Shown: positions 37,969 to 51,300 of the stretch, piece after piece
How the letters are laid out: the number at the start of each line of letters is the position of its first letter
Position numbering within the stretch: the stretch's first letter is position 1
Source of the DNA: Phoronis australis
Lineage: Eukaryota; Animalia; Phoronida
DNA length: 64,000 nt
Reading direction: 5' to 3'
Assembly (NCBI GenBank): GCA_002633005.1
Contig: NMRA01000519.1
Location: 88,646 to 152,645, forward strand
Notes under the pieces: generated by a model
Databases searched by the model: none
Seen by the model: only the letters and a program-made list of their open reading frames with translations
Told to the model about the DNA's origin: nothing
Program-made: the position numbers and the translations under genes

Positions 37969-40900
37969 ATTGTCATCAAAGTAGTTAACGATCAACGTCT
38001 AGAAATGGAGTGGTTGCCACAGTTGAGGTTATGCAGAAATAAATAAAGCTTAATAGCCTTCAACTATCACAAGGCATTTGTACATCCGTTGCGGCGTCGG
38101 ACAGACCAGTGTAAGCCTAGGAATACTGGTTGGATTAATACCTTACAAACTTACAAGCCAGGAAACAAACAGAAATGGTGCATTCACTCAGTAGCACTAG
38201 TTAACCGTAGGCAGGAAATTTTACTCAGAATAAACAAACAGGAATTAGGAAGAATACACCTCACTGCATTCCTTTCAGTTAGACTACGACACACTTGTTC
38301 AATACGTACGACTCCAAGTCCAAGAGTAGCAGACGAAAAACTATTGTGCTAAGACAATAGCGATGCTGTCTTCGAGAACGGCGATTCAACCGTGTGTCAT
38401 GACTGTGTTCCAATTGGACTTCTTACGAGTAGAACGTCAACGTAGTCGTCGATGCAGCAAGGTGCGAGGATTTTCACAGTAAAATTGTGCGGCAATTGCT
38501 TTAGAGGTCATAAGAGCGTATCCAGTGAAATTATACCAGTCGGTGCTGCCCTCTCTGTGAGTGACTGGTAATGTTGGAGGAGCCATTTCTACTGAGCACA
38601 TCATTGAAAACGTTGAGAAAATGTGATGTAGTCTAACTTAGAGCCAGCCTACCAGATTTACATGTATGTTATGTTTCCTTACCTTATAAAATGTGACGTA
38701 GACTAACTTAGAGCTCACCAGGGTTCTGCTGTGTCTTCTTACTTTTTAAAATGATGGAAGGCGAAGCATTTTTGTAGACGAAAGCATAAGAATTTGAAGT
38801 ATTGGAAACGATCTATGTTCCAAGGCTGCCTTTCCACCATCAGTACCGGTATTGAAATATGCATACACTCCAATCTTCCGGACAGTTATACTGAAGGAAC
38901 GCTATGACCCTGCAGCAGCATATGATCAAGCAACTGCATTAAATTCGCATTCCGGAACTAACATAACACTGGCAAATCTACGTTTTCAGTAAGGGGGGTT
39001 TAGGATTCGAGCGTAGCGCCGAGTGAAAGGAAGGTCGGGAGGGGGTAAACTCCCTCCTGTGTAAGATTTTTTGTGGTTTTTATTAGCTGGTTTCGTTTTT
39101 CTGGCGAAATATTTTTCAATTTTTATTTTTGATCGTGTCCCACGGGGGGTTGAACTTTCTGAACCACCTGTAGATCCGCTTCTGATATATGATTGAAGTA
39201 GGCCTAATGGTGTATTCAATTTACGCTTGACTCACTACCACGACTAGGATGAATACATGTATGTCACACAACATCTGGGGCCTAATTGTTATGAACATGC
39301 AGAAGTGATGAGACCGTATACCTGTATATAAGTGAAAAGTAGGCTCACGCGCCTATATAGCAGATATTTGAGGAAATATTTTCTAGTTTTTGAAAAGAAC
39401 ACTCTATTCTGAATAATCGATAATGAGAATTAACTTTTTCTCAATGATGCAAGTTGATCTATGGGGAAGACATTTTAAAAGGTCTAACACTGTGGTGAAA
39501 CGTATATATAATGGAAGTGTGTTATTGGTCATGTGCTTTTTTAAATAAGCACGAGAAGTTTTGTTACGAGTCGGCCTTGGGTTTCAATATTCCCACAGTT
39601 GAAGTCCAGCAATTGAGTTCACAAGGAGGCTGGATATGATTGGAAATTATTAAGAATCGCGCGTCAATAAAATAACAGTCAATCTCAAAAAAAGATTTTG
39701 ATAAGGACCATTTACAGTAATGAAATTGGTAAAAAATTGTCATGGCTTGTTAATTTATGCTCCGACCATAGCCTCAGGAAAATACAAACTGGCTGTTTTC
39801 TTGCCCAGAATTCATGTTGGGACCAGATTTATAGCGAAAACTACTCCAAACCAGGTTCCCGTACTGTATACAATGTAGAACGTCCGGTTATGACCGCTTT
39901 AAGAAGTTATTTCTTCTCCATTGTGTGAAATGGGTCGAGTTAGCGTTATTTAATTAGCTGCACCACAGTGTAGAACGGGCAGCCTAAGTTAAGCTGGCTC
40001 AAATTAAAATTAATGTAATCGTGTGTCCTATTTGTATACCTCAAGAGGAGCTAAAAACATAATCCACTTCTGTTGGATTCTTGTCTTTTTTAAAACACGT
40101 CACTATTCATACCGTACAAAAGAAAAGTACAGAAAAGTACAAAAGTTTGTGATTTCCCATAGTATTTTATACATGTACTTACTTTACTAGAGTTCCCTTA
40201 TGTATACTAAAATGGTGAAAAAATGCTCAAAATAGTTCGACTTTTAGACTCCTTGCAATTGATCTTGGGGTTTATAACTTCTTAATCTCTTAGGCTTTTA
40301 CTGTTCACGTGGCTTACGAATTTTTTACCCACCAAGAAATGCAACTTTCTAGTTAGGTGAACGAAATGCTGATTGCTTCCTCCGAAGATGTAGGCAGAAT
40401 ATATGCTTTTCTCCGTATTTTTTCCTACTATTCAAGAAGCCTGGGTCGCAATTTCGTAGCATAGATTTCGATAGATAGACGTATCTATTGATCACTTGTT
40501 TTCTTTTATTAAAGATAATTGCATTTATCGAGTAACAGGCTGATGTGCGTCAAAGGTACATGTACATGTACAGTACGATGTCCATGCGACCTACTGTATA
40601 GTTTACTCTTATGACCAATAATAACGCAACAAAGGAAACCAATGTAAGTGTCCCATAGGCGACACCCATACGACGCACTTATGCCCGTGGCATGGATGTC
40701 GCAAATTAAGCCATACCTTGTGACTACCATACGACGTCATTTGACATTGATTAATTTATATTTGTCATGGTTTAGGTATCAGAAACACCAGGTAACTGGG
40801 AGGATTAATGACGCACCAGCTGCGTCTAAGGATGGCAGAGGACCGACCAAACTGCAGCGGCGGGGCAGCATAGAAAGGTAGCCACACTTGCAACTTGGTT

Positions 40901-41234
40901 GAGCAGGAGCCGGAGCGCGGCGTGATCTTCGTCAGAGGCATCTCGTGACGTCACGGATGAGCAATATTACTCGGTTCCGGCAGTGTTTCCGCTGACTCTG
41001 GTCGCATGACGGCACCATTAGGGTGCACGTTTACGTTAGTACTCGGGGTGTTCTGGTAAAAGAATCCCACGGCACTTCTAGTTTACATTTAGTAATCACG
41101 TTGGCCAGTGTTCGTTAAATATTAAATATAGCACGTGTAAATATAGGCTCAACTAAATACTGGGCACTACAGGAAATCTAAAATCCAGAGGATTTGCATT
41201 TACGTGTTGGTGTAATAATCGTAAATACTCGTAT

Positions 41235-41962
41235 TTAGTAATAATCGTTATCGTCGTCATAGTCATATTCATGCTTTCTGGAAGACCTTCGTCTACTTTG
41301 ACTTGTCTTACTAGCTTGACCTTTATCGTTTGACTGCCTTCGCCTACTACCCGCGGATACGTGCTTCTTTTCAGCGTTCACTTTCACTTCATCTTTGTCA
41401 CCACGCTTCTTCTTGGAAGGCTCTGTCTTTCTTGTCTTGTGACTGTGCCTATGTATTTGTTTCTGTTGTTCCAACAACTCAGCACCTGACTTTTTAGATA
41501 ACACTCCTTGCTTGCTTGCCTTATGGCTGCGCCTGCGCGCTTGCATCTGTTCCTCTAACTTCTCAGCGCTAGTCTGGTTCTTAGAAACCTTTACCTTGCT
41601 TCTGATGTGAATGTGTCTGCGCGTTGGTTCCTGTCCCCCGGAAGTCTCAGCGTGTGCCATGCTCTTAACGGGAACACGATTTGCCATCTGATCATCGACC
41701 ATCTCTGCGCTCGTCTTTTTGCCCAGCCACCACTTCGAAGGTTTTTTGGTCTTCTTAGCTTGTTCAACAGCTAGCTCTTCATCGGCTTTGGACATCCTTT
41801 CCTGATATAATACTTCCGCCCTATCGATTTTCTCTTGAAGTGCATCGATGCGTCTCTGTTTCTTCTCTTCCTCCATATACAGTTGATTCACAATATCGTT
41901 TGGTATTCGATAGATCCTCCCCTTACCGGTTATCCTTCCTTCTGGGTCTTCTTCAAACGGCT
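41235..41962 (-). CDS. Terminal exon with K/R/E-rich tail; probable fourth member of the Sushi-TM cluster (upstream exons not found)
   Basis: aatttcag acceptor, phase 1. Begins EPFEEDPEG, similar to DPFNPENEG in the neighbouring paralog. ~240 codons open; ends YDYDDDNDYY*. Confidence 0.7.
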
Positions 41963-43044
41963 CTGAAATTTGTAATGAATATTATACATCCAATATGGTG
42001 AATTTGTAAAAGGTAAGAAACGCCATTGGAATTCGCCAATTCAAAATCCTCAACATTCAAGAACGAATTTGGAACAGGTTTACGCGGACCATGAAAAACG
42101 TATAATTTCTTTCAGCGCCCAGTTACATCGTACATTTGCCTCACTCACGCTGCACGCGTGTTTTTTATCCCAATCTACACTGTTGGCTTGATCGCGGAAC
42201 ACGAAGCATCAGTAGTCAACATTTACCTTTAAGTGTTAAGCACTGGCCTGCATAGGAAACAAGTAAACGTTTTTGATATCCAAAACTACAGGTGGAGCTA
42301 GGCAGAAGTGGTAAAACGCACAAGCAAGGTGTATGTTAGCAAACACCCACTTTTGTATTCAAAACGCCAAACAACGCACTTCCAGGTATGCAGTACAAGG
42401 ATCTTTGGAAAAAAAACACGGGTATGGTGCAATTTACAGCATCTATGACCTATATTAGTTTTTTTTTTTCCTATTTCCGTTCCCATTGGACCGAGTTAAG
42501 CAACCACAGTGCGGGAATGAAACTATTTTTGCGCCGGAGAGGTATGTGCAATCTTCAGATTGCCCTGAGGCGCGTGCTTTGCGTTCTTCTTTGTAAATTC
42601 CTCCCATTTGATGGACTTTTTGATTAGTTAAATCATAGATTATAGACAACAGATTCGCAACTCCGGCATATCCTTACGTGCTGAGTTGAACTCTCCTAAC
42701 CTATCTGCTGCAGTTTCCGGTCAGTGAATTTTGACGAGAAATACTTGCATCTGCTTTACTGTCCAAAACAACGAAAAAATATTAATTTCGGCATTGAAAC
42801 GCTTTTCAAAGTCATTTAATAGTAGAAGTGTTGGTATTGTGAGTACTTTTGGCAATTCTACTGGTAATTAATTACAAAATTCAAACTTCGGTGCCGACTG
42901 ATTATGTCGTCTGCTTGCCCAATAGCAGCATAGTTATCGGACAGTTTTTGATTTATGGTTCACATAGGCCTACTGAGAAAACTACGAAAGCATGTTTATA
43001 AATCAACATTCTCAAGTGAGCAATTCTTCTGGAAAGTGTTGAGT

Positions 43045-43101
43045 GGCCCTTAAAAGGGCCGTCGGTTGTAGCTATAGCGTGAAGTGGTTCTTAAAAGAAC
43101 C
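43045..43101 (-). other. Two tandem histone-mRNA-type 3' stem-loops
   Basis: Minus strand reads caac-GGTTCT TTTA AGAACC-acttc (43101-43086) and ccgac-GGCCCT TTTA AGGGCC-actca (43060-43045), followed by cagaaga about 13 nt downstream. Confidence 0.75.
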
Positions 43102-43776
43102 GTTGAATAATTAAACAAGTCATCATCTGGGAAGGTTGGATGAAAACAGAGAAGATGGCAATATCGATGACAGTTGTATCACCTTATATAAATGTTACCT
43201 TTCTCCAACGTTATCACGAACCCTGCCTTTTTCAGTTCTTGTTCCTGGATTCAGAAGTAGCCCTGAACCATAGGGAAAAAAGACATGGCTACGAAAACGA
43301 ATCAAATTTTGAAAATCATCGCCTTCGTGTGATTACGTGTTGCTGTCGCCAGACAGTTGTTTCTCCCCAACATCAACGTGATGGAAACTTGTGTCCTTTG
43401 TTTCTAACTTTTAACCCATTTTTTAAGAAAGGGGTGTACTGATTTTGTCTAACGTTGATAGACCATAACTTTTGGTTTTTACAATGCATTTATTGTGCTG
43501 AATGCATTCATATTAGGAGGCTTCATTGCGTTGAACAGAAAATAAACTAAATGTAACACAATAAAGTTTTGAAAATAAATCGAACAGTAAAACAGGGCTC
43601 CCTAAAAATCGAGCTGTTTTCGAAAACTTTGCGCCATTGGTGATCTGCCAGTGTTTGGTTCATGCATTTACGGCGGGAAAATAATAGACCAATTATCGTG
43701 CACGTGTGCACTGTAGCAACACATTGTATCTTATTCTTATTTGGCCAATCTGTTGATACAGTAAATTTCCTTAGTT

Positions 43777-44187
43777 NNNNNNNNNNNNNNNNNNNNNNNN
43801 NNNNNNNNNNNNNNNNNNNNNNNNNNNNNNNNNNNNNNNNNNNNNNNNNNNNNNNNNNNNNNNNNNNNNNNNNNNNNNNNNNNNNNNNNNNNNNNNNNNN
43901 NNNNNNNNNNNNNNNNNNNNNNNNNNNNNNNNNNNNNNNNNNNNNNNNNNNNNNNNNNNNNNNNNNNNNNNNNNNNNNNNNNNNNNNNNNNNNNNNNNNN
44001 NNNNNNNNNNNNNNNNNNNNNNNNNNNNNNNNNNNNNNNNNNNNNNNNNNNNNNNNNNNNNNNNNNNNNNNNNNNNNNNNNNNNNNNNNNNNNNNNNNNN
44101 NNNNNNNNNNNNNNNNNNNNNNNNNNNNNNNNNNNNNNNNNNNNNNNNNNNNNNNNNNNNNNNNNNNNNNNNNNNNNNNNNNNNNNN
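43777..44187. other. Assembly gap
   Basis: Run of N. Confidence 1.
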
Positions 44188-44397
44188 CATTTGATTGTTT
44201 TACAATAGGTGCATGTCAAAAATCAACAAAATTAGATATTACAAAATACATGTATACAAATCGATTGGAGAACCGAGCCTTTATTTTCCATCAAATACTA
44301 TGCATTTTGCTAGGCACAAGGTAATGGCAATTAAAGCTTTGTAGTAAAATTGCAATTCCATTAGTTTTCAGGTTTTCTCGAGCTTCATAGGCAGCGG

Positions 44398-44682
44398 CAA
44401 CGAGAAAATACAAGACGTCCCGAACATGTGCTGGCACTTCAGTACAACGAGAAAATACGGGACGTTCCGAACATGTGCTGGGACTTCAGTACAACGAGAA
44501 AATACGGGACGTTCCGAACATGTGCTGGGACTTCAGTACAACGAGAAAATACGGGACGTCCCGAACATGAGCTGGCACTTCAGTACAACGAGAAAATACG
44601 GGACGTTCCGAACATGTGTTGGCACTTCAGTACAACGAGAAAATACAGGACGTCCGAACATGTGCTGGCACTTCAGTACAAC
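44398..44682. repeat. Minisatellite, 47-bp unit x6
   Basis: Unit caacgagaaaatacgggacgttccgaacatgtgctggcacttcagta, head-to-tail with no spacers. Confidence 0.95.
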
Positions 44683-45591
44683 GCCCAGAGTTCAAATCCA
44701 TTTCTTGTGGGCATCACTTTACCTCCGCCCCTACGTGTATCTTGCTGTGAAAACAGACATCTGAACCATACCATAACCTTTATCCAATAATAGAATAAAA
44801 CCAAGTCATTTTAGCCCCATATTTATTAGGCATTGCCACGGGCAATTGTGTCCTTTTCCATTCATGACATGTGCAATCAACATTTTTTCCATTGCAATAG
44901 GCATGTTTATCTATTTGATTCCTTTCTTTCACTATTTGATAAATTGAATTCGACTTCTCGCTCCTTAATTACTAAACAACTCATCTATCATAATTTGAAC
45001 GATCAAGAGACCTTTGGGACAATCTATATGTGGATATTTCTGTTTCATTTACAACCTTGATAACTTGAGTCATCAGTTAAAATTGAGTAAAGGTTTCGCT
45101 AGAATAACTGCATGCGCGCACCCAGCCTAAAATATAGGAGCTCGAATTTTTGAGAATGAGGACCTCTTACTGAAAAAGGAAAAAAGGGTTCGCCAAATTC
45201 ATGCCTTTTTAGTGGACTTGTGTCTCGTTTTCTAAGACTTTTTGTTTCTCGGGCGGAACTTTTTGCCCACTTCGCCAAATAGGGGCTTCGTTCGAGCCCC
45301 TCGAGCACCACCAGCGGGTACGGGCATGAATTGGAAGAACTTTTATGATCCAAACCGTTATTTAAACCCGTAAGGAATTAAAACTATATCCCACAATTGT
45401 AAATCAGACTGCAACCAGACAGTTGAAATTCATTTCGTAGAAGATGCCCGGCATAGACAAATAAGAGCTTGCACGCGTCTCAAGAAGCAATTGACCTACT
45501 TAAACGTGGAAGCGTTGTAACGCTTATCCAATGAAATACTGATAAATCAAGTAAATGGAATACATGTTAATTTTGAAAAAGTTCCTGGCTG

Positions 45592-47612
45592 TCATGGGAT
45601 TCCTTCAGCGCTATCTTCTCGCTCAGTTTTACGATGCGCCCTTGCTTTCGCGGAGTTTGACAAGGCTTTGGGGGTGCCATGGGTCGTTTTAAGAATCCCT
45701 CTCACTTTCACGTTAATATTCGGTTCAGTCTCTCGGCGCCTCTTTTGTTCTTCTATTTCCGCCTCTCTCAGCTGTTTCTCTTCCAACCGCCGCTCTTCTT
45801 TAGCCTCCTTTTTCCTCCACCATCTTCTCCACTCGCGCCTTTTTGCTTTCGCCTTTGCATGTCTCTGAATTCTGTCCCTCTCCGATATGGTCACCTTCAT
45901 CCTGACGGGCATGAAGCCTTCGTTTTCAGGATTGAACGGGTCTGGAAGAGCACAAAATTTAAGGTGCGTGACCTTTATCTTCCAGCCTCCATTTTTGATA
46001 TACTGACCACCCATGACTTCACTGTACGACCATTAGACCTTCAGTCACGCTTAATCGTTAGGCCACCATTTTAGGAGACTTTGAAGCTCAACGTCCAACC
46101 TTCAAATCGAATATCAAAGCCTTTGCCCGATATCAAAAGTACTGCCACACATTGGAAATAATGAAAAATGGGACATTGGCTTTAACAGTAAAGACTGTCC
46201 GTGCGATAATTTTCCAGTAAATAAATTAGTTAATCTAGCTTTTCTGTGAATAACGGTCAGCTGTAGTTTGGTTCTTGCTTAGTGGCAAATGAAACGTCGG
46301 TGTTGTTTGGGACCAGGAACAATTACATTTTCTGGCGAGTTTGCATACATTTTACAATATAGCCGCCTACCTATGTACGTATACTCGGGTGGCCAATCTG
46401 GAAATTCTTCTTGCTCGTAAGATTCGCCAGACTCTGCTGACGGAACGTACTCGCTACGTTTTTTCACCTTGTGCCGGACAACAGGGACCGGTCTTTGTTG
46501 CACGTGATTCGCACTAGGACGCCTCCTCATATGGACGAAGAGGGCGGCAACGAAGCCAAGGAAAACGGTAAGTCCCACGCCAGAAAGAAGAATAACCAAC
46601 CATAATGGTAAGCCGAGAAGGTCTGCAAAATTGTTTAATATCAGTCAACAATTTTCAAGTAAGCTGCAACGGTTGTCCGATTTCCTGAACAAATATTACT
46701 TGTACGTACATGTATGCGCCTGACACGTCTGCTGGCGATGTGGTCTGGTAAGTTATGGTGTACATGTAATTTTTACGAGACACCATGTACATGTAGCTCA
46801 GCGGGGATCAGATCGATTTTTGAACGCCATCTTGATGCCGCTGATAGAACGCTTATGAAGTGATGCTTTACTATTGTTGTCAATAAAAAATTAAAAAGAG
46901 AAACATCCGGACTTAAGATGCTGCCAGGTGAAAACGTATGTCACATACATGTACCGGAGGAGCGTCATGAAAACGGTTACTTTAGTCGTACCTTTTCAAT
47001 GACAAGAGAAAATAGGGGTTTGATGCATGGAGACCGTACTCCTCCGGATTGTCGCTAAGGACCTATGAATTGGCGAACTAAGAAACGACAGACTGAGATT
47101 TTACCCAAGCATGGGAGCTTGGGGTGAACTCACATGATGATTAACTGAGTAGTCAAACGGGTTATAGCAGTCAAGCAATAGTTTTTACCCTGTGTACCGC
47201 GGAGTTATGTAGGACTAGGTATAGTAAACATGGGATCATTGACGCGATTGTGAGATTTTAAAATCTTTTCCAACAAGGGTTCGGGGTTTAAAAATCGGTT
47301 GCCTTCACTTTCTATCATAACAAAAAAGTCCACTTTTTATAATTTTCTATCGAAACGTGTTTGAAACAAAAGGCATACCAATTGCACAGGCGGGCGGAAG
47401 TGAGATTTCTTCGCCTTTACACTCTACGGTCATCTGATTTAGGCTTGACCCTTGACCTGACGTCCAGCGATAGCCGTTGAGACATGTGATGTTAACCTGC
47501 GTTCCATTTGGAATCATGACAGCATTTTCGGGAGGTATGTACGTCCTCAGTCCTTTTTCATAATAAGCTCCGGTAAAGCGATGGTCGGTCGAGATTTGGA
47601 ATGAACAATACA
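45592..47612 (-). CDS. Single-Sushi/CCP-like transmembrane protein, paralog C (exons 47379-47612, 46371-46622, 45592-45941; start exon not identified)
   Basis: YCSF..PNGTQVNITCLNGYRW..VECKGEEISLPPAC; TM LWLVILLSGVGLTVFLGFVAALFV-HMRRR; charged tail ending SAEGIP*. All introns are phase 1 GT-AG. Confidence 0.8.
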
Positions 47613-48353
47613 CTGAAAAAAGAGATATCAAGGACATTTTAAAGAGTTACCAGGCCTCGGTAGAAAAACAGGTTTTTAAACCAAGCTAGAGGGTATGGCT
47701 TAGACTTTAGGTAATTAATCTAAATGGATATTGTGTAATATATCACCGAATACCTTTTAATGTACAGTCGAAACAACAACCAACAAAGACCAGTCTTGTC
47801 CATCCTTAGACAACTGAAGTGATAGAAATCTTCATAACCTACTACTAGTCCAGTGTTGAATTAGTCAGTAGGCTTGCAAATTGACACTGGCACCTACTCG
47901 TTCTTGTAACGGGAATTACCAAAGCCCAATATTCTCCAATCTTCACGATGATCTTCTTGCGTATGAGATACGCATGGCTGCCAAAGAGAAGTTCAGCAAA
48001 CTGCTTACGATGTATGACAAGCAAATTGTTGCAAAGAAATTGCAGTCACGTGTGAACATGAAAAGTGCACGTGGTTTGGCACTCTGCGTGTCGCGGAAGG
48101 CCTGACTTTGTGCATCTGGGCTCAGATGCATAAAACTTCAATATTATCCGCTACATAAATTTGATTGTTACATGACTCCAGGTGCATTGTTCAACAATAA
48201 CAACGTGACACGTGATAACGAGACGTCATTGCTGTAATGCAGCGTATAACGTTTACGCCACTGGGCCACGGCTGTCTTTTCCTTGTTTCAAGTAAGCCAC
48301 TGCTCCTCAATCTGTTATTTACACTTAACCATATGAACTCAACTGCTTAATGA

Positions 48354-51300
48354 TTACGGCACGCCTTCGGAGGGGTCGTTATGCTCTGGAATGTGAACAA
48401 CCTTTATCGAGACCAAGTTGTCATTCTCGCTGTGCTCATGAACACGTTCACGAGGTACGGAACTACTCCTTTTAGATCGACTTCCGGTCAAACTCGGAGA
48501 GGTCCTATATCTCCCGTCACTGAAAGAAGCAAATCCTGACCTTTGATTTGCATACGCTCCTCCATTCTCAACGGCTTGGTCGTTTAGTTTATCTTGTTCA
48601 CGCTGTCTATATTTAGCCTTTGCGCGTTCGAGAATTGCTTCTCGTTGCGTTTCCTTCGATATCCGAGCTATCGCCTTCTCTGTGGCCTCATACTCCTGTC
48701 GCTCTTGGTACTTCTGTTGAGCCCTTCTCAAAATATCTTCTCTGCGCATCTGTTTTTTCTCCACGCGCCTCTTCTTTCTGTACTGTCGTCTGTTTTCCTC
48801 TCTCCATGATTTTCGCTCTGCGTACGTATGAAGTTCCTCTCCCAACTCTGAAAACAAAACACGCATTGTTTTGTAAATCATAATTTTACACTTATACACG
48901 CGACCTCAGATTGTGGTTGAAGAGCTGAAAAAAATTCCAAGTCGTCACGACTTCGTCATATCGAGTATCGACGTCTGAAATAATTCTTCCGAAATTAGTT
49001 TCGAAATTAATGGTGACTGTCAATCTTAAAATGAATGATATTTCCTCTAGATTCAGTAACGCTGGATTAAAACTTTCCCTTTGATTCGTGAAATCAGTAC
49101 ATTTGGTACCATCAGCTGTCAACACGCATCAAACGTGCGCTTATATTTTTGCAAGAAGTAAACAGACGGGAGTCGGAATAGGTCGGTAAAAATTGGGCAT
49201 GATCAGACAACGAAACGCGCCTACAGTGTATTGCTCCAATGGCACAAGTGTGGCGTATGAGCCAGTGTTCCAGAGCTAGTGTGTCAGGCCCACCGCTCTT
49301 TTCTAGTGCCCTGCTAGACATTGGAAGGTGAACAATTTCGTGATCTTTGATCGATTCTACGTAGTACTGACATTTTCGGTAGGTGAGCCCACCCGATGAA
49401 ACGCCCATTGGTGTTTATTTGGAATAGACGTCTATGGGCATTTATTTGGTGTTACAAATTCTGATGTCAAATGTCCTAATAGTGAGGTGTTTATTCGGAA
49501 AATTTCTCTCTTGAAGTCCACTCAGCATTGAATTTTATCCACAAATTTTGTGGAGCATTTGATATATGAAACGAACAAAATGTCGCGAAATTTATATTTA
49601 TTAATTTTAAATTAAAAATCAAATTTTTGGTGAAAAAAATGCTGATATTTTCGTATCAGCCATGGCTAGGAATTTCCTTTTTCCCGCTTGAATTTTCCAA
49701 AAAACGCCCGTGCTTTCATTTGGGAATATTGAAACGACTTCAAACTTTCATTTTCGAATACACGCCCATAAAGGCTACTCTGCGGGGAATCGCGGTATAT
49801 ATCGACAAATACATGCGCGCAACTCGATATTAGACGGTGTTTACAGGTGTTCCAATTTGACAATTGATCGATAAGTTAATTTTCTTTTTCATTTATTATT
49901 TTATTTTTTAGTGTTTTCAGCAATTTTATGCATTTGTAAGCATTTATTGGCCATGATGCGTTAATGCTATTTATGTGTTAGCGTGGACAACACTGTAAAT
50001 ATTTTAGCAAAGGTCTGATACAACGTGCCCGTATTTTTAGAAAAAGTTTAATGCCCTTTAATCAGTGGAGAAAACTGCTTCTCAAACTTAGGGCACGTGA
50101 TATCAGACCTTTACCGGTATTTCGACGACTGCCCTTGCCAAGCGTCCTAACCTTCTTCAGAAGAGTCGCTACTGGAAACGATTGCCGTGTTGATACTCTC
50201 CTCGGCAAGTCGCCTTGTTTTTTTCTGCATGTCCAAGCGAGATTGGCGCTGTACGGACAGTGAGTACTTTCCATCGAGCTCTTTCCTCTGTCGCTTTCTT
50301 TTTACGTCGGCCCAAATACAGATTGTCGACACAGTCATGACGAAGATAACACCGACGGTAATTAGCGCAATAATCCACCAAGCGAGTCCGGAGTCTGTGC
50401 AAAAACGTTATTGTGTGACAATCGTAGTTGGCAAAACTGTCGTTTCCGTCAACATTTGGTGTTTTGCTTCTCTTAAAGAGTTTGTTTGATCCAAAAACAC
50501 GGTACTGCACATTAGATAGTTAATGGAGGCGTACGAAAAGAATTTGAGGCAAAAGCATCACATTAACTACAATACCTTGTGACCTTTGAGTGAGCTTTTT
50601 TGTCTACCATTTCAGAATTATTGTCTTGTTTATACATCACGACTGTAAATTTTCTGAGTACCTTTGACAGTCCTCGAAAGAACATACAGGTGTAATGTTA
50701 CATCAGCCACAATACTGGTCTCCTTCCACATGTGTATTTTCAAGCTTTGCCAACAACATTACGCCAAAGACGAAGGACCAGTTTTTTAGATTCAAATACA
50801 TGTATAGCTAATTGCAGTGTACTGTGAAAGTTTACTCCTTAATGCCACCCGTTTCGTAAAGTTTATAATTGACTCTCATACAATACATGTTTATCTTAGA
50901 AACAAGTATTTTGTAGTTTTAAAATTATTCGTGTTTACCCTTTGTGCAACCATGAACTGTTCCAATGCGATCCTTGAGACACTTGATCGTGACTGAGTGT
51001 TTATTTGATCCATCGACGCCAGCCGTCCAGTGATAGCCTTCTTTACACACAAATGTCACGCGCGCTCCCGTTATCACGTGGTGTTCAACGTTAAAGGAAA
51101 GAAGCTTCCGCTCAGTGCCGTTTCCGAGGACAAACGCGGTATAATGCCTATCATTTGGTATGTTGAGCACACAATATTCTGAAAAATTGACTGAACAATG
51201 ACTGCTGAGTAGCACTTGTGGTGGACTGATGACACCGCATATTGTATGAACAGGAACTTTTGTGGTTCATGTAACGTTAGTCGGTAACCAACCCTAAGTG

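Noticed and set aside
40940-40956. CRE palindrome gtgacgtcac in a GC-richer patch as a promoter
   Set aside because: A single short motif that also occurs in intronic DNA (~15591); no independent TSS evidence.
43662-44324. Long ORFs spanning poly-X
   Set aside because: Artifacts of the N gap.
44398-44682. 47-bp repeat array as a CRISPR array, or as the coding ORFs at 44426/44428
   Set aside because: Units are contiguous with no unique spacers, there are no cas genes, and the context is eukaryotic. The ORFs are a by-product of the repeat.
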